56,858 nt of DNA, taken from contig JBFMAY010000009.1 of NCBI GenBank assembly GCA_040755455.1, positions 1-56,858 of the forward strand. Reading direction: 5' to 3'. Of this stretch, positions 37,252-48,400 are shown in pieces. The position numbers and the translations under genes are program-made. Positions within the stretch are counted from its first letter, which is position 1; each line of letters starts with the position of its first letter. A model generated the notes under the pieces. It had not been told where the DNA came from. It worked only from the letters and a program-made list of their open reading frames with translations, and did not search any database. This DNA comes from Thermodesulfobacteriota bacterium (lineage in GTDB: Bacteria > Desulfobacterota > Desulfobulbia > Desulfobulbales > SURF-16).

Positions 37252-38227
37252 CAGTGCCTCCATAGTTTTCCATTGATAATTCAAGCTCTTTTTTTATTTC
37301 ATTTACCAGTATCCCAGGTGCGAGAACCCGGGCCATGCCACCCCAGGAAAGAATCCACCTCTTTACTTCCAGCAGATGAGTGGCAGTAAAAGACATCATA
37401 ATGCTTTTGTCACTGTTTTCCTGAAGTTCCTGGCCTGCGTGCCATTTCCTCTCCAGTATGTAGGGCGCTGCCTGGGGTGAAAACCATATCTTGACAGCAT
37501 ATTTTTCATCACTCCATTGTACACCAAAACGATCCCTTGTCGTTTGGTGAAAATCAAAATCCGACGGAACGGTAAAATGATGTTCTGTTAATTGCGCCTT
37601 AGTGATGCGGGAGAGCGCAAAGGTACGAATGCTCTGACGTGCATGACAGAAAGCAATGACATACCATTCCCCCTGGTAACTGACGACATGATACGGATCG
37701 ATCGTGCGTGCCGTGAGATCGATTGTGCCTGGTTTGGCGTAGCTGATTATTAATGATTGCAATGTGCGCAGGGCAATGAACACGGTTTCCCATACCCCTT
37801 CCGCAATCATGCTGTGGGGGCTGACAAAAAAAGAGAATTTATCATTGAGCTGAGCCGGGTCAATGGTGATTTTGTCCGGCAGGGATTCGGCAATTTTGGC
37901 AAAAAGAGATTGCAGCCGGGGGTAAACAGGGGTGTTTTCATACTGTTTGAGCACCTTTTCGGCGATGAACACGGCAAAGAGGTCGCTGTCGTTCAAGGAT
38001 ATCGCCGGCAGGTGAAAGCTCGATTGCGTATAGTAATAGCCGCGCATTTTTGCGTCATAGGCCATGGGGGCATCAAGCATGTTGCGCATATAATCCAGAT
38101 CCCGCTGGATCGTTTTCGCGCTGACCTCCCACTCCTCGGCCAGTGACGCGCAGTTCGGGTAGGATCTGTCCCTGATCTTTTTGTCAATAAAGAGCAGGCG
38201 GCTGTGCTGTGGTTTGAATTTTTTCAT
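37223..38227 (-). CDS. WYL-domain transcriptional regulator (HTH-WYL-WCX, YafY-like)
   Basis: [20 protein letters not shown]...WYVIAFC...[14 protein letters not shown]. Confidence 0.92.
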   Translation of the reverse strand: MKKFKPQHSRLLFIDKKIRDRSYPNCASLAEEWEVSAKTIQRDLDYMRNMLDAPMAYDAKMRGYYYTQSSFHLPAISLNDSDLFAVFIAEKVLKQYENTPVYPRLQSLFAKIAESLPDKITIDPAQLNDKFSFFVSPHSMIAEGVWETVFIALRTLQSLIISYAKPGTIDLTARTIDPYHVVSYQGEWYVIAFCHARQSIRTFALSRITKAQLTEHHFTVPSDFDFHQTTRDRFGVQWSDEKYAVKIWFSPQAAPYILERKWHAGQELQENSDKSIMMSFTATHLLEVKRWILSWGGMARVLAPGILVNEIKKELELSMENYGGTDEKRDHQSG

Positions 38228-38243
38228 TTTTTTCTTAATTGTG

Positions 38244-38270
38244 CAGGTAGGACACTATCTGTCCTACCTG
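38244..38270. promoter_or_regulatory. Perfect palindromic operator, probable WYL regulator site
   Basis: CAGGTAGGACA-CTATC-TGTCCTACCTG between divergent genes. Confidence 0.7.
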
Positions 38271-38320
38271 TGTCTGTATGGTGAGGGAAATGGCGCTGGA
38301 ATGCAAGAAAAAATGAAAAA

Positions 38321-38833
38321 ATGGAGGTTGTCATGGGAAGAATCATGCAGGCATGGACAAGTTCACGGGAATCACTGCCGGTAATTCATTTTAACTATGC
38401 GGAAAACACAATAACCGTTAACGCGGGCGAGGCGAGGATGCCGTATGGTGAGGCTCTCAAGGAGGGCTTGGTCGAGGTTGTCCAGGTGGATCATTTTGCC
38501 GGTGTTCCCCATGTGAAAATCACCAACAACTCGGCCTGGAGAATATTAATTTTCAGCGGGAGTGAACTGATCGGCAAAATGCGCAATCGCATGGTCAGCA
38601 TTTCCGTAACCTTGCAGCACAATGCCAGCGTGGTCATTCCGGCCTTTTTTCTGGCATCCACCTATTTCTTTGATCAGGGTATGGTTTCCATCCAGCAATA
38701 TCTGCATCATTTTAAGGCGATGGATAACCAGGCCGGTGTCGTCTTTACCGTCAACGGAAAAAATTCAGGGGAAAGATATGGTGATTTCCCTCTCCATGTT
38801 GAAGTGTGCTACAATCATTTTAATCTGGTTTGA
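38321..38833 (+). CDS. Degenerate ARPP-1/DUF6569-like protein
   Basis: EALKEGLVEV...VPHVKITNNS...ILIFSGSELIGKMRNR...VVIP and AGVVFTVNGK resemble DUF6569, but the protein is shorter. Confidence 0.55.
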   Translation: MEVVMGRIMQAWTSSRESLPVIHFNYAENTITVNAGEARMPYGEALKEGLVEVVQVDHFAGVPHVKITNNSAWRILIFSGSELIGKMRNRMVSISVTLQHNASVVIPAFFLASTYFFDQGMVSIQQYLHHFKAMDNQAGVVFTVNGKNSGERYGDFPLHVEVCYNHFNLV

Positions 38834-38874
38834 TATTGATATGGGAACGGTTGGGTTGATCCCTGGGTGTCTTT

Positions 38875-39339
38875 ATGTTTCATTGCAAAAGCTTTTTATT
38901 GTTTCTTGTGCTGCCAATTCTGGCAGGTTGCGCAGGGGCTGGCCATGATCTGCCATCCCCCTCGGCAGACCGCGATGTCCGTTTGGTAGATCTAGGCAAC
39001 GGCATCTGTCAACAGATAAATAACGGCCTGATGTGGCAGATTGATAAAAGTCGGCAGTATTCTACCTGGCAAGATGCAAGACGCTATGCGGAAATGCTGG
39101 ATCTAGGCGGTTTCGCGGATTGGCGTCTGCCGACAAGGGATGAGCTTTATATGCTGCAATATATTTATGAACTGCAGGATAATAACACCTGCATGATGAA
39201 GCTTTCGGGTAGTTACTGGAGCATCACCCCCGGGCTGGAGGCAAATGCCGGCAGGTGGGAATCATATCCCCTCTGCGGTGGGAGTGAGTTCAAATATGTT
39301 AACACGGATAAAGGGTTTGTCCGGGCTGTCCGGCCATGA
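38875..39339 (+). CDS. DUF1566 (Lcl-C) lipoprotein
   Basis: Lipobox LAGC; GLMWQ, LGGFADWRLPT and VRAVR motifs. Confidence 0.88.
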   Translation: MFHCKSFLLFLVLPILAGCAGAGHDLPSPSADRDVRLVDLGNGICQQINNGLMWQIDKSRQYSTWQDARRYAEMLDLGGFADWRLPTRDELYMLQYIYELQDNNTCMMKLSGSYWSITPGLEANAGRWESYPLCGGSEFKYVNTDKGFVRAVRP

Positions 39340-39420
39340 AACGGCCAGGCCCATAATATAATATATGGGCTCGCATGAATTTGTGCCTGATTGCGAGTGC
39401 ACGAAACGGAATTTGGTAGC

Positions 39421-39597
39421 ATGGATAAAGAAGATTTGACGGCAGATAATCATTCTGTGGCCTGCGGCAGGTGCGGCAAATATCATGATATGTCCGTGAT
39501 GGGGCTGGATGAGGAGGAGGGAATTTTTCTGTGCCCCATGTGCCAGGCAGAAAACATAGGCTGCGGATGTAGTGATGAGTTGCAGGCGGAAAACTGA
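39421..39597 (+). CDS. Small Cys-rich zinc-ribbon protein
   Basis: CGRC...CPMC...CGC, 58 aa. Confidence 0.6.
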   Translation: MDKEDLTADNHSVACGRCGKYHDMSVMGLDEEEGIFLCPMCQAENIGCGCSDELQAEN

Positions 39598-39940
39598 GTG
39601 CTCGTTATGTGTTTTTTGTCTGCTTTTTTTATCCACGGGTTGACTCCTCACTTTTTTTGTTGCGGTAAGTTCTGTTAAAAAATTTACAGTATCGGCCACC
39701 TTTTTTTTCTGAAAAATTCATCAAATGGTAAAATCTTTTGTTGGTCGCTTGTGCGTGGAGGGGAAATAAAACTTTTTTATAATTTGGGTGCGGTGGAAAC
39801 CGATTGAATGGTCCGGGGAAAGGGGATTTTAGAAAACTTCACGCTGACTAATTGATTTTGCAAGTGTTTTGTTTTTGCTTGACAAATAAACAGGAAAAGC
39901 TGTTTCATCTTATTATGCGTGCTGTATGAAGGTATGATTT

Positions 39941-40543
39941 GTGCAGAACGAAATAGAGAGTATGATTTGTGAAAATTTTTTTAACATGAGACAACCGGGG
40001 CGAAGAGAAAAATTGCGTATCAATGAACGGGGCTTTACCGTTACCGAACTTCTTGTTGCTATCAGCATTATTGCTGTATTGGCTGCGGTTGCTATCCCGA
40101 GTTATTCAACCCTTGTGCCCACTTACCGTTTGAAGGCGGCGGCGCGAACGATCTATTCGGATATGCAGAAGGCAAGGCTGCAGGCAATCAAGGAGAACAC
40201 TTTTGTCAGTTTGAGTTTCACGGAGGTTGTTTATCCGGCTGACGGAGGCGGCTATACGGTATTCACCGATGATGGAGCAGGAGCAGGTGTTGCAGGCAAC
40301 GGCGTTCGGGATGGAAGTGAGGTTCTGCTCTGGTCTTACGCCATGGAGAAGCAGATTTCTCTGATCAATGCCGCTTTCGGTGCTGCTTCAAGTGTCACGT
40401 ATACCCCGAAAGGGGTTATTGCCGGCAGCCAGTCCGGCAATGTGACAATCAGAAATAATCAGCGTTGGCATAAAATTACTGTTGCCGCAGGTGGAGGTCT
40501 CAGACTTGAAATCAGTTCTGATGGTGTTGCCTGGAGTTTATAA
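39941..40543 (+). CDS. fimT: FimT/FimU (GspH-like) minor pilin
   Basis: G|FTVTELL prepilin site; ARLQAIK; true start may be downstream (e.g. ATG 39986). Confidence 0.85.
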   Translation: MQNEIESMICENFFNMRQPGRREKLRINERGFTVTELLVAISIIAVLAAVAIPSYSTLVPTYRLKAAARTIYSDMQKARLQAIKENTFVSLSFTEVVYPADGGGYTVFTDDGAGAGVAGNGVRDGSEVLLWSYAMEKQISLINAAFGAASSVTYTPKGVIAGSQSGNVTIRNNQRWHKITVAAGGGLRLEISSDGVAWSL

Positions 40544-41327
40544 AAGCGATGGTTGGTTAAAGGACGCTCGCCGAGATGGCGGTTTCACCCTGGTCGAGGT
40601 GCTGATCGCCATGTTGCTTTCCGGCATTGTCATTGCCTCAATTTATTCGGCGTTTCAGTCCCAGCAGAACAGCTATCTGGCCCAGGAGCAGGTTTCTGAA
40701 ATGCAGCAGAATGTCCGCATCGGTCTTGATATGATGTCAAAGGATATTCGGCTGGCCGGTTATAATCCTGCCGGTTCCGCCGGCGCGGGATTTGTTGACG
40801 GCGTAGCTTTCAATGCCACAGCAGTAAATACTAATGCCACTCAGATAGCCTTTACTGCTGATCTTGATGGGGACGGGGTTATTGATAATGCCGCCCAGGA
40901 TGTTGATGGCAATGGCTCCATCGATATGGCCGATATGGAACGGATTGCATATCGGCTTAATGGCACTAATCTGCAGCGGTATTCATCCGTAACAGGTGTC
41001 ATCACCTGGCAGACTGTTGCTGAAAATGTTGAAAATATCGAATTTCAATATGTGCTTGATGACGGCAGCCAGACCACGACCCCAACCGCCGCTCAGTTGA
41101 CGGATATCAGAGATGTCCGCGTATCAATTCTTGTCATTACTGAAAGTTCCGATGCAAACTTCACCAATACCAGGGTGTATCTGCCAGCCTCAAATGATTC
41201 GTATTTTACCAAGGCTGCTGATCTTTCAGGGACCATCTGGGGGCCGTTTTCCGGCACATCTACCGCCAATTTCCGGCGCCGGCTGCTGAAGATTACGGTG
41301 AACTGCCGGAACATGGGCTTGGTATGA
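40521..41327 (+). CDS. pilW: Minor pilin PilW
   Basis: G|FTLVEVL; MQQNVR...DIRLAGY; RNMGL C-terminus; start uncertain. Confidence 0.85.
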   Translation: MVLPGVYKSDGWLKDARRDGGFTLVEVLIAMLLSGIVIASIYSAFQSQQNSYLAQEQVSEMQQNVRIGLDMMSKDIRLAGYNPAGSAGAGFVDGVAFNATAVNTNATQIAFTADLDGDGVIDNAAQDVDGNGSIDMADMERIAYRLNGTNLQRYSSVTGVITWQTVAENVENIEFQYVLDDGSQTTTPTAAQLTDIRDVRVSILVITESSDANFTNTRVYLPASNDSYFTKAADLSGTIWGPFSGTSTANFRRRLLKITVNCRNMGLV

Positions 41328-41788
41328 TTGTTATGGGTAACTCTATGATATCAAATCACAAAATCATCCGTACTGATCAGGCCGGCTTTACGCTTCTTGA
41401 GGTTTTGATTGCCGTGGTCATCTTCACCATCGGCATCCTGTCGGTCAATGCCATGCAGATCGCTTCAATCGGGGGCAATTTCACCGCCAACCGGATTACC
41501 GAATCAACCTCCTGGGCTTCCGACAGAGTTGAATCTCTGCTAGGGCTCGATTATGACGACGCTGCCTTGAATGATGGGGACGCCGATGGGGATGCGGGAC
41601 TTACCGATACCGGTGCCAGTGCTGACGGGAATCTGACCTCGCCGGACGGCAATTACACCATCTACTGGAATATCTCGGAAGATTCCCCCTTTACCGGCGT
41701 CAAGACCGTAAACGTCATTATCACCACCCTGGAAAAGGGAGCAACAAAATCAGTAACCATGACCTACATCAAGGCAGATAGCGTCTAA
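41324..41788 (+). CDS. pilV: Minor pilin PilV
   Basis: G|FTLLEVLIA...GILSVNAMQ. Confidence 0.85.
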   Translation: MIVMGNSMISNHKIIRTDQAGFTLLEVLIAVVIFTIGILSVNAMQIASIGGNFTANRITESTSWASDRVESLLGLDYDDAALNDGDADGDAGLTDTGASADGNLTSPDGNYTIYWNISEDSPFTGVKTVNVIITTLEKGATKSVTMTYIKADSV

Positions 41789-41797
41789 GGTTTAATC

Positions 41798-42430
41798 ATG
41801 TATAAAAAAGAAACCATAGTAGATAACGAAAGGGGCTTTGTGCTTGTCGCTTCCCTGCTGATTCTCCTGATTCTGCTGGTCATCGGTATCGCTGCAACAA
41901 ACACCTCAACCATTGAGCTGCAGATTGCCGCCAATGAAAAGGTGCATCAGCAGACATTTTATCAAGCGGATGGCGGAGCTGAGCTCGCCTCCAGGGTAAC
42001 CTATGAAAATGCCATGTGTATCAATTCCGGCGGTTTTGTTGAAGATCCGGCCGGCACGGGGAAAATGGTTGTCGGCAAGGTTGAGGTGCTTGATCTGACC
42101 TTTGCCAATCCGGGCGCCGGAACCCCGCCACTGCCAGACGACGGGGTACGGGATGTGGTTTATTATCCCGAAACCGCCACCGATACGGATCCCCATACCA
42201 ATATGACCGTTGCCGGCAGAACCGTGGCAACCGCCGGCAGCGGACTGCAGCAGGTCGCCGGATATGAAGGACTGGGCAAAGGAGCTGCCGCGGGCGGTAC
42301 CCATGTGCTTTATACCATTAATTCCCAGCATAAGGGTGCCGCCAACAGTGAATCCCTTATTGGCCTGGAATGGAAACTCAGTGGTCATCTGATTAACAGT
42401 GCAAGTTCGGCTGACTGCAATTTTGATTGA
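41798..42430 (+). CDS. pilX: Minor pilin PilX
   Basis: G|FVLVASL lacking E5; IAANEK...FYQADGG. Confidence 0.85.
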   Translation: MYKKETIVDNERGFVLVASLLILLILLVIGIAATNTSTIELQIAANEKVHQQTFYQADGGAELASRVTYENAMCINSGGFVEDPAGTGKMVVGKVEVLDLTFANPGAGTPPLPDDGVRDVVYYPETATDTDPHTNMTVAGRTVATAGSGLQQVAGYEGLGKGAAAGGTHVLYTINSQHKGAANSESLIGLEWKLSGHLINSASSADCNFD

Positions 42431-42446
42431 TGTGAGGGAGGCTGGC

Positions 42447-45400
42447 ATGATTTCAACTCTATTAAGATGTAGTCATAGGAAATATCTGTTGCAGGGCATG
42501 ATTTTCGGCGCGGCCTTTTGGGCAATGTCCCCGACAGCCCGGGCCGAGGTGTCCAGTCACACCATGGCTGAGTTTTCCTCAACGCCAATCAGTCTCATTG
42601 AAAACGCAGTCAGCCCGCAGGTTCTCATTAACTCATCACAGGATCAGCAGCTTTATTTCAAGGCCTATAATGACTATTCGGATCTTGATGGCGACGGTCA
42701 GCCGGAAACCACCTATACCCATTCTGTGGATTATTACGGCTATTTCGACAACCATAAGTGCTATGATTATGATTCCGTGGATAAAAGGTTTGAGCCGGTG
42801 GCAGTAACTGTTGACAAGTACTGCACGGGGGTAAACGACGCCTACTGGAGCGGTAACTTCCTGAACTGGGCGTCCATGACCCGCATTGATGCCATCCGCA
42901 AGATTTTATTCGGCGGCCATCGCCGGGTTGACACCTCCACTGACACCGTGCTCGAACGGGCCTATATCCCGCCTGATATCCATGCCTTTGCCAAATATTA
43001 TGACGGCGCCGATGTCAATGATCTGATTCCCTTTACCGTCAACATCTCTGAACCAACCGGAACCAGTGCATCAAATGTTCTGATCGCCAGTGGATCAAAG
43101 ACTTTTGTGACGCAGGCGGGCACCTGGATCAAGATCGGCGATTATGTCCGCATTGTTGATCATGCCAACTCCACCAACTATATGGAAGGTTGGGTTACGG
43201 CATTTGACAGCACCGACGGCAATCCCCTCACGGTGAATGTAACAAAAACCGGAGGCGCAGGTACCCTGGCAAATTGGGACATTGCCAACAAAACCAGGAC
43301 AGGAATCACCCTTTGTAATGTCACTTATTCTTCCTTAAATGATTATTCCCAGGAGTTATTGACCGCACCGCCGCTGATCCGGACTGCGGCTGGCAATTAT
43401 GCCTTCTGGAGCGCGGGGGAGGTCACTCAGTGTCTGTGGCAGGAAGAGGAAACCAATGCCGGGCATGGCAAAAATTACAATAACCCCTATTACTCCGGCA
43501 TTTATGCCTCCTTGGATAATCCAAAGAAGGCGGATGTCGGATTAGGGACCATCTATGATTATGTGGCCCGGGTGCAGGTGTGCAAGCAGACATTTAATGG
43601 TGATAGAAACAATGATGGCATCATTGATAGTTACACCCTTGATCTGGCCACCAGCACGGAAAAATGCAAACAGTATCCGTACGGTAATTTCAAACCCATC
43701 GGCCTGCTGCAGGTTTATGGGGATGATGATAAGCTGCTCTTCGGCATGGTGGCCGGCACATACGGCAAGCCGAGAACGGGTGGCGAACTGGTGCAGAAAA
43801 TCGTCAACATTGACGGCATGGACGGCATGTGCCGGGAAATCAACCTGGGCCGCGACTGCGATGGCGATGATAACGGTGTGGCTGATGGAGGGACAGATGT
43901 TGGGTTCGTTGATCAAGATGATTGGCATGATCCTGCAAATGATATACATATCGGCGATGGAACCTTCAAGCGGGTATATGCCAGCGCAGGCGGCCCCATC
44001 GGCCACGCCACCAAGTCCGAAGGCATCATCAATACCTGGAGCCTCTACCGGCTTTACGGCTATGAGTACCGGGACTGGAATTATGATCCTGGGGACAAAT
44101 GCCCCCTTTCTGTTAATTTTTTTGGCGACTCAAGTGACAGTGTATGTACTAACTGGGGCAATCCTTTCGCGGAAATTTACCTGGCCGGTGTCCGCTATTT
44201 TGCCGGGAATAATGCTGATTTGGCTTACCAGTCCGGTGATGGGCAGTACATTGAAGGCATTAATTATAATACCGGGCTCTGGGTTGATCCATTGACCACT
44301 GAAAACTACTGTGCCCGTCTCAATGTGGTCAATTTCAACTCCAGTATTATTTCAGCCGATACCAGATTCACAACTGATCCAGCCAACCAGAAGGATGAAC
44401 TCGACACCAACAGTTTTGGCGCTGTCAAGGATCTCGGCTCTTCAAAGAATTCGCGGGAATTGACTGAAATCATCGGCAGGGTAGAAGGTATCTATCCCGA
44501 TGCGGCTAACCCGAATAAAAAATGGTTTGTCGGAGAAAGCGGGGCAAGCCAGGACAGGAAATGCACGGCTAAGACCATCACCAATCTTGGTGAGGTGCGG
44601 GGACTATGCCCGGAGGGCCCTGATCTCCGCGGCGGTTTTCGTGTCGCTGGGCTTTCCTGGTATGCCCACACCAATGATATTCGTCCTGATACGCTTGCCC
44701 CCCAAAAAAGACTTGAAGGCGTCCAGAAAGTTGACACCTATGCGGTGCGTCTTGCAGCCGGCAATCCGGTTGTCGACATACCGGTGCCCGGGTCAGCGGG
44801 TCAGAAGGTTACGCTGCTGCCTGCATGTATCGATAATGATAAAAGCGACTATGGCTGCACCATGGTTGACTTCAAGATTGTTGAACCGCATACCGAGGTT
44901 GCCGGCGTGGGACGCGGTAAATTTCTGGTTATCTGGGAGGACAGCCTGCAGGGTAATGATTACGATCTTGATGCCGGCGGCACCATCGAATATACGATAA
45001 CTTCCGCAAATATTACTGTAAAGACAGCAATTACCCTGCAGAACCTTGGTTACAGCATTGGCCATGGTTTTGTTATCAGCGGCACCACGGAAGACGGTCT
45101 GCATATTTTTTCCGGCACCAATGACTTTGTCTACGATGATCCTTTGGCCGGGGTGACGGATTGTCCGACGACGGCGAAATGCAATATGGGTGATGGAGTG
45201 CGGCAAGACACGTTCACTCTGGGAACGGCAACCGCCGGACTGCTTGAGGACCCCCTCTGGTATGCGGCGAAATGGGGCGGTTTTGAAGACATGAATGATA
45301 ATGACCTCCCTGATCTGACCGAGGAATGGGACAGTAAAATCAATGCGAACGGGGAAAAGGGAGCAGATGGCATCCCGGATAATTATTATTACGCCAGCAA

Positions 45401-48400
45401 TCCCCAGGAGCTTGAGGCAGCGTTAAACCGGGTTTTCCTGACCATTCTTGAAAGAACGTCGTCAGGAACGGCCGCAGCCGTTGTTTCCAATAATGTCAGG
45501 GGTGAAGGGGCGCTTTATCAGGCATATTTCGAACCCTTGAAAAAAGATATTGACGGTAAGCAGGCGAGCTGGATCGGCACCGTGCATGCCCTCTGGCTGG
45601 ACAGATACGGTTTTTCCCGGCAGGATTGCCGCTCCACCGACAATATCGTCGGCGGGGAGTGCACACCAAACGGTCTGCTGGACAATTACGAGATTGATCA
45701 GGTGGTGCAGACATTTTTCGATGAGACGGAAAACAGGACCCGCATCAAGGTATTTACCAGTGACGATCCCGACTCGTTTGACCCTTATTTCATGGAAGGG
45801 GTTGTCACTGCCTATAATGCCGGAGCCGTCACGCTTGAGCCGTATTCCATGGAAGGGGTGGTATCCGCTTATAATTCGCGGCATATGACGATTAATCCCT
45901 ATTCCATGAATGGCACGGTGACCGCCTATGATCCTGATACCGGCGAGGTTTCGCTGGCAATAACCGCCGGAAGTTTGCAGGGTGTGGCCGGTGATGTCTT
46001 CGACAACTGGCAGATCTATGACGCAACAGCCATGCTCAGCGGCAGAAGCAGCACTAGTATTGCCCTGGCTAACGCTGGCACCATTGATTTTGTCGTTGAT
46101 CCGGCCGGCGAATGGATGGTAGTGGGCGATGTCATGACCCTTTCCACTTATAATATGCAGGGAGAGCAGGGTAAAAGTTACAGTAGGTGGTTTGTCGATT
46201 GCCTGTCTTCCGCTGACGAAAGCTCCATTCTGCACAGTGTCACCCTGGCCAACACCGGCGAAATGGAGATCACTGTGCAGGATGATGTTTTTACCGACTG
46301 TGAGAGGGTAAAAATCTCCACCTTTAATATGAACGGCACAGCAGGGACTACCTATAATGACTGGAAGGTATCCAACCTGTCAACCGGGGCTGACGGGACC
46401 AGCAACTCCTCGGTGACCCTCATGGATTCGGGAGTGCTTAGCTTTGTGGTCTCGCCGGCAATTGCCTGGGTTGAGCCAGGTGACCGGCTGATGCTGTCAA
46501 ATTTTCAGTTTGTTGAAAAAGAACTCTATGAAATCGGTTATTTATGGAACGCCAGGGAAAAATTGTACCTGGAAACATTGACGGATGCTGAAATAAAATC
46601 AAACCGGCTTTACAACGCCAATGCCGGCAGCGGACGCCACATCATGACCTGGATCGACAGCGATTATGACTCATTCGTCGACAATGCCGAGTATGTGGAT
46701 TTTGAACAGACGATGTTCGGGTCAGTTAGCTATGGTTATTTTGATGTCGGCACCCAGGCTGAAGCCGAAAACATCGTGAACTACATCCGTGGTGTTGAGA
46801 TTCCCGGTTTCCGTACCCGGACCGTCAAGTATACTGCGGACGATACCACAGCCAGAATAATGCGGCTTGGCGACATTATCAACTCCACGCCAACAATCGT
46901 TTCCGCCCCCCAGGAGGCATTCAATATCCTTTACAACGATACGTCGTATACCGCTTTTCGTGCCCAGTATGCCGACAGGAGGGTGATGGCCTATGTGGGA
47001 GGCAACGATGGTCTGCTGCATGCCATCAACGGCGGTTTTTACGGTGTGGTCAACGATGCCGGGGTTGACAAGGTGAGCTACCTGACCACCGGCAAGAATT
47101 GCGCTACCGGGGCTGCAGCCACGGCCCATCCGCTCGGCAGTGAAATCTGGGCATATGCCCCCATGAATCTTCTTTCTCATCTGAAGTGGCTCAAGGACCC
47201 GAATTACAATCATGTTTATTATGTTGACAGTAAACCTCGAGTTTTTGACGCCAAAATTTTCGCGGTTGACGCTGATCATCCCAACGGCTGGGGAACCTTG
47301 ATGGTTGTCGGCATGCGGTTGGGCGGGGGCGCCATGACCATTGACACGGCGGCAGACGGCTTGGGGCCGCCCCATCAGGCCAATGACAAAACCATGCGTT
47401 CCGCCTTTGTGATTTTTGATATCACCAATCCGGAGAGCGAACCGAGATTGCTGGCTGAGATGCAGGTTCCTGACGGCAGCTTCAGCTTTGTCTATCCGAC
47501 CACCATGGCCTTTGGTGACAACAATAAATGGTATATGCTTTTCGGCAACGGTCCCACTAGTTTGCAAACCGCTGCCAGCACTCAGAATGCAAAGGTATAC
47601 ATTTTTGATCTGGCTGAGCTGGTTACCCCCGGAGTCACAACCGTTAGACCCACCGGTTGCACTTTGACCAATGTCGGCGCATCGGCGATGAAGATCATCA
47701 CTTGCGATACGGCGGTCGCCAACAGTTTTATAGGCAGCCCGGTTACCGTTGACTGGGATCTCGATTACCAGGCCGACACGTCCTATTTCGGGCTGGTCGG
47801 CGATGCCAACGCCACCTCCGGGCGGCTTATGCGGTTTGCGTTAAACGAAAACAGCTCCCCGGCGTTCTGGACCGCGCCGACAACCTTGGTGCTTGCCAAT
47901 CAGCCGGTTGTGGCCCAGCCGGCGGTCGGTATTGATAATATGAGCAACAAATGGGTCTATTTCGGCACAGGACGTTATTACGTCATGGCGGACAAGACGA
48001 GTACCGCTATCCAGACCCTTTACGGTATTAAGGATGATGGTTCGGGCGCCACTGTCAATATCGCCACTGATCTGATTGATGCCACTGATATTGATGTGTA
48101 CACCGACCAGGAACAAACCATAGAAAACGGGCCGCTGGCAACGGCGGACGGTACGCAGATAACTGATTTCCCGACCCTTGTTGACGAGGTTGATCAACAT
48201 AAGAAAGGATGGTTCCTCGACCTGCCGCCCATTGTCGGCACGGCGGGGATTGCGCCGGCGACCCGCAGTCTGGGTCAGTCTGCCCTGCTGGGCGGAATTC
48301 TCTTCACCTCGGTCTTTCAGCCAAGCGATGACCCGTGCGGTGGTGAAGGCTATAGCAGGCTGTACGGACTGTATTACAAGACCGGCACCGCCTATCCGTC

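Noticed and set aside
45783..45960. 57-nt periodic repeats as a CRISPR array or DGR template
   Set aside because: In-frame coding repeats diverging at synonymous sites; no cas gene or reverse transcriptase present.
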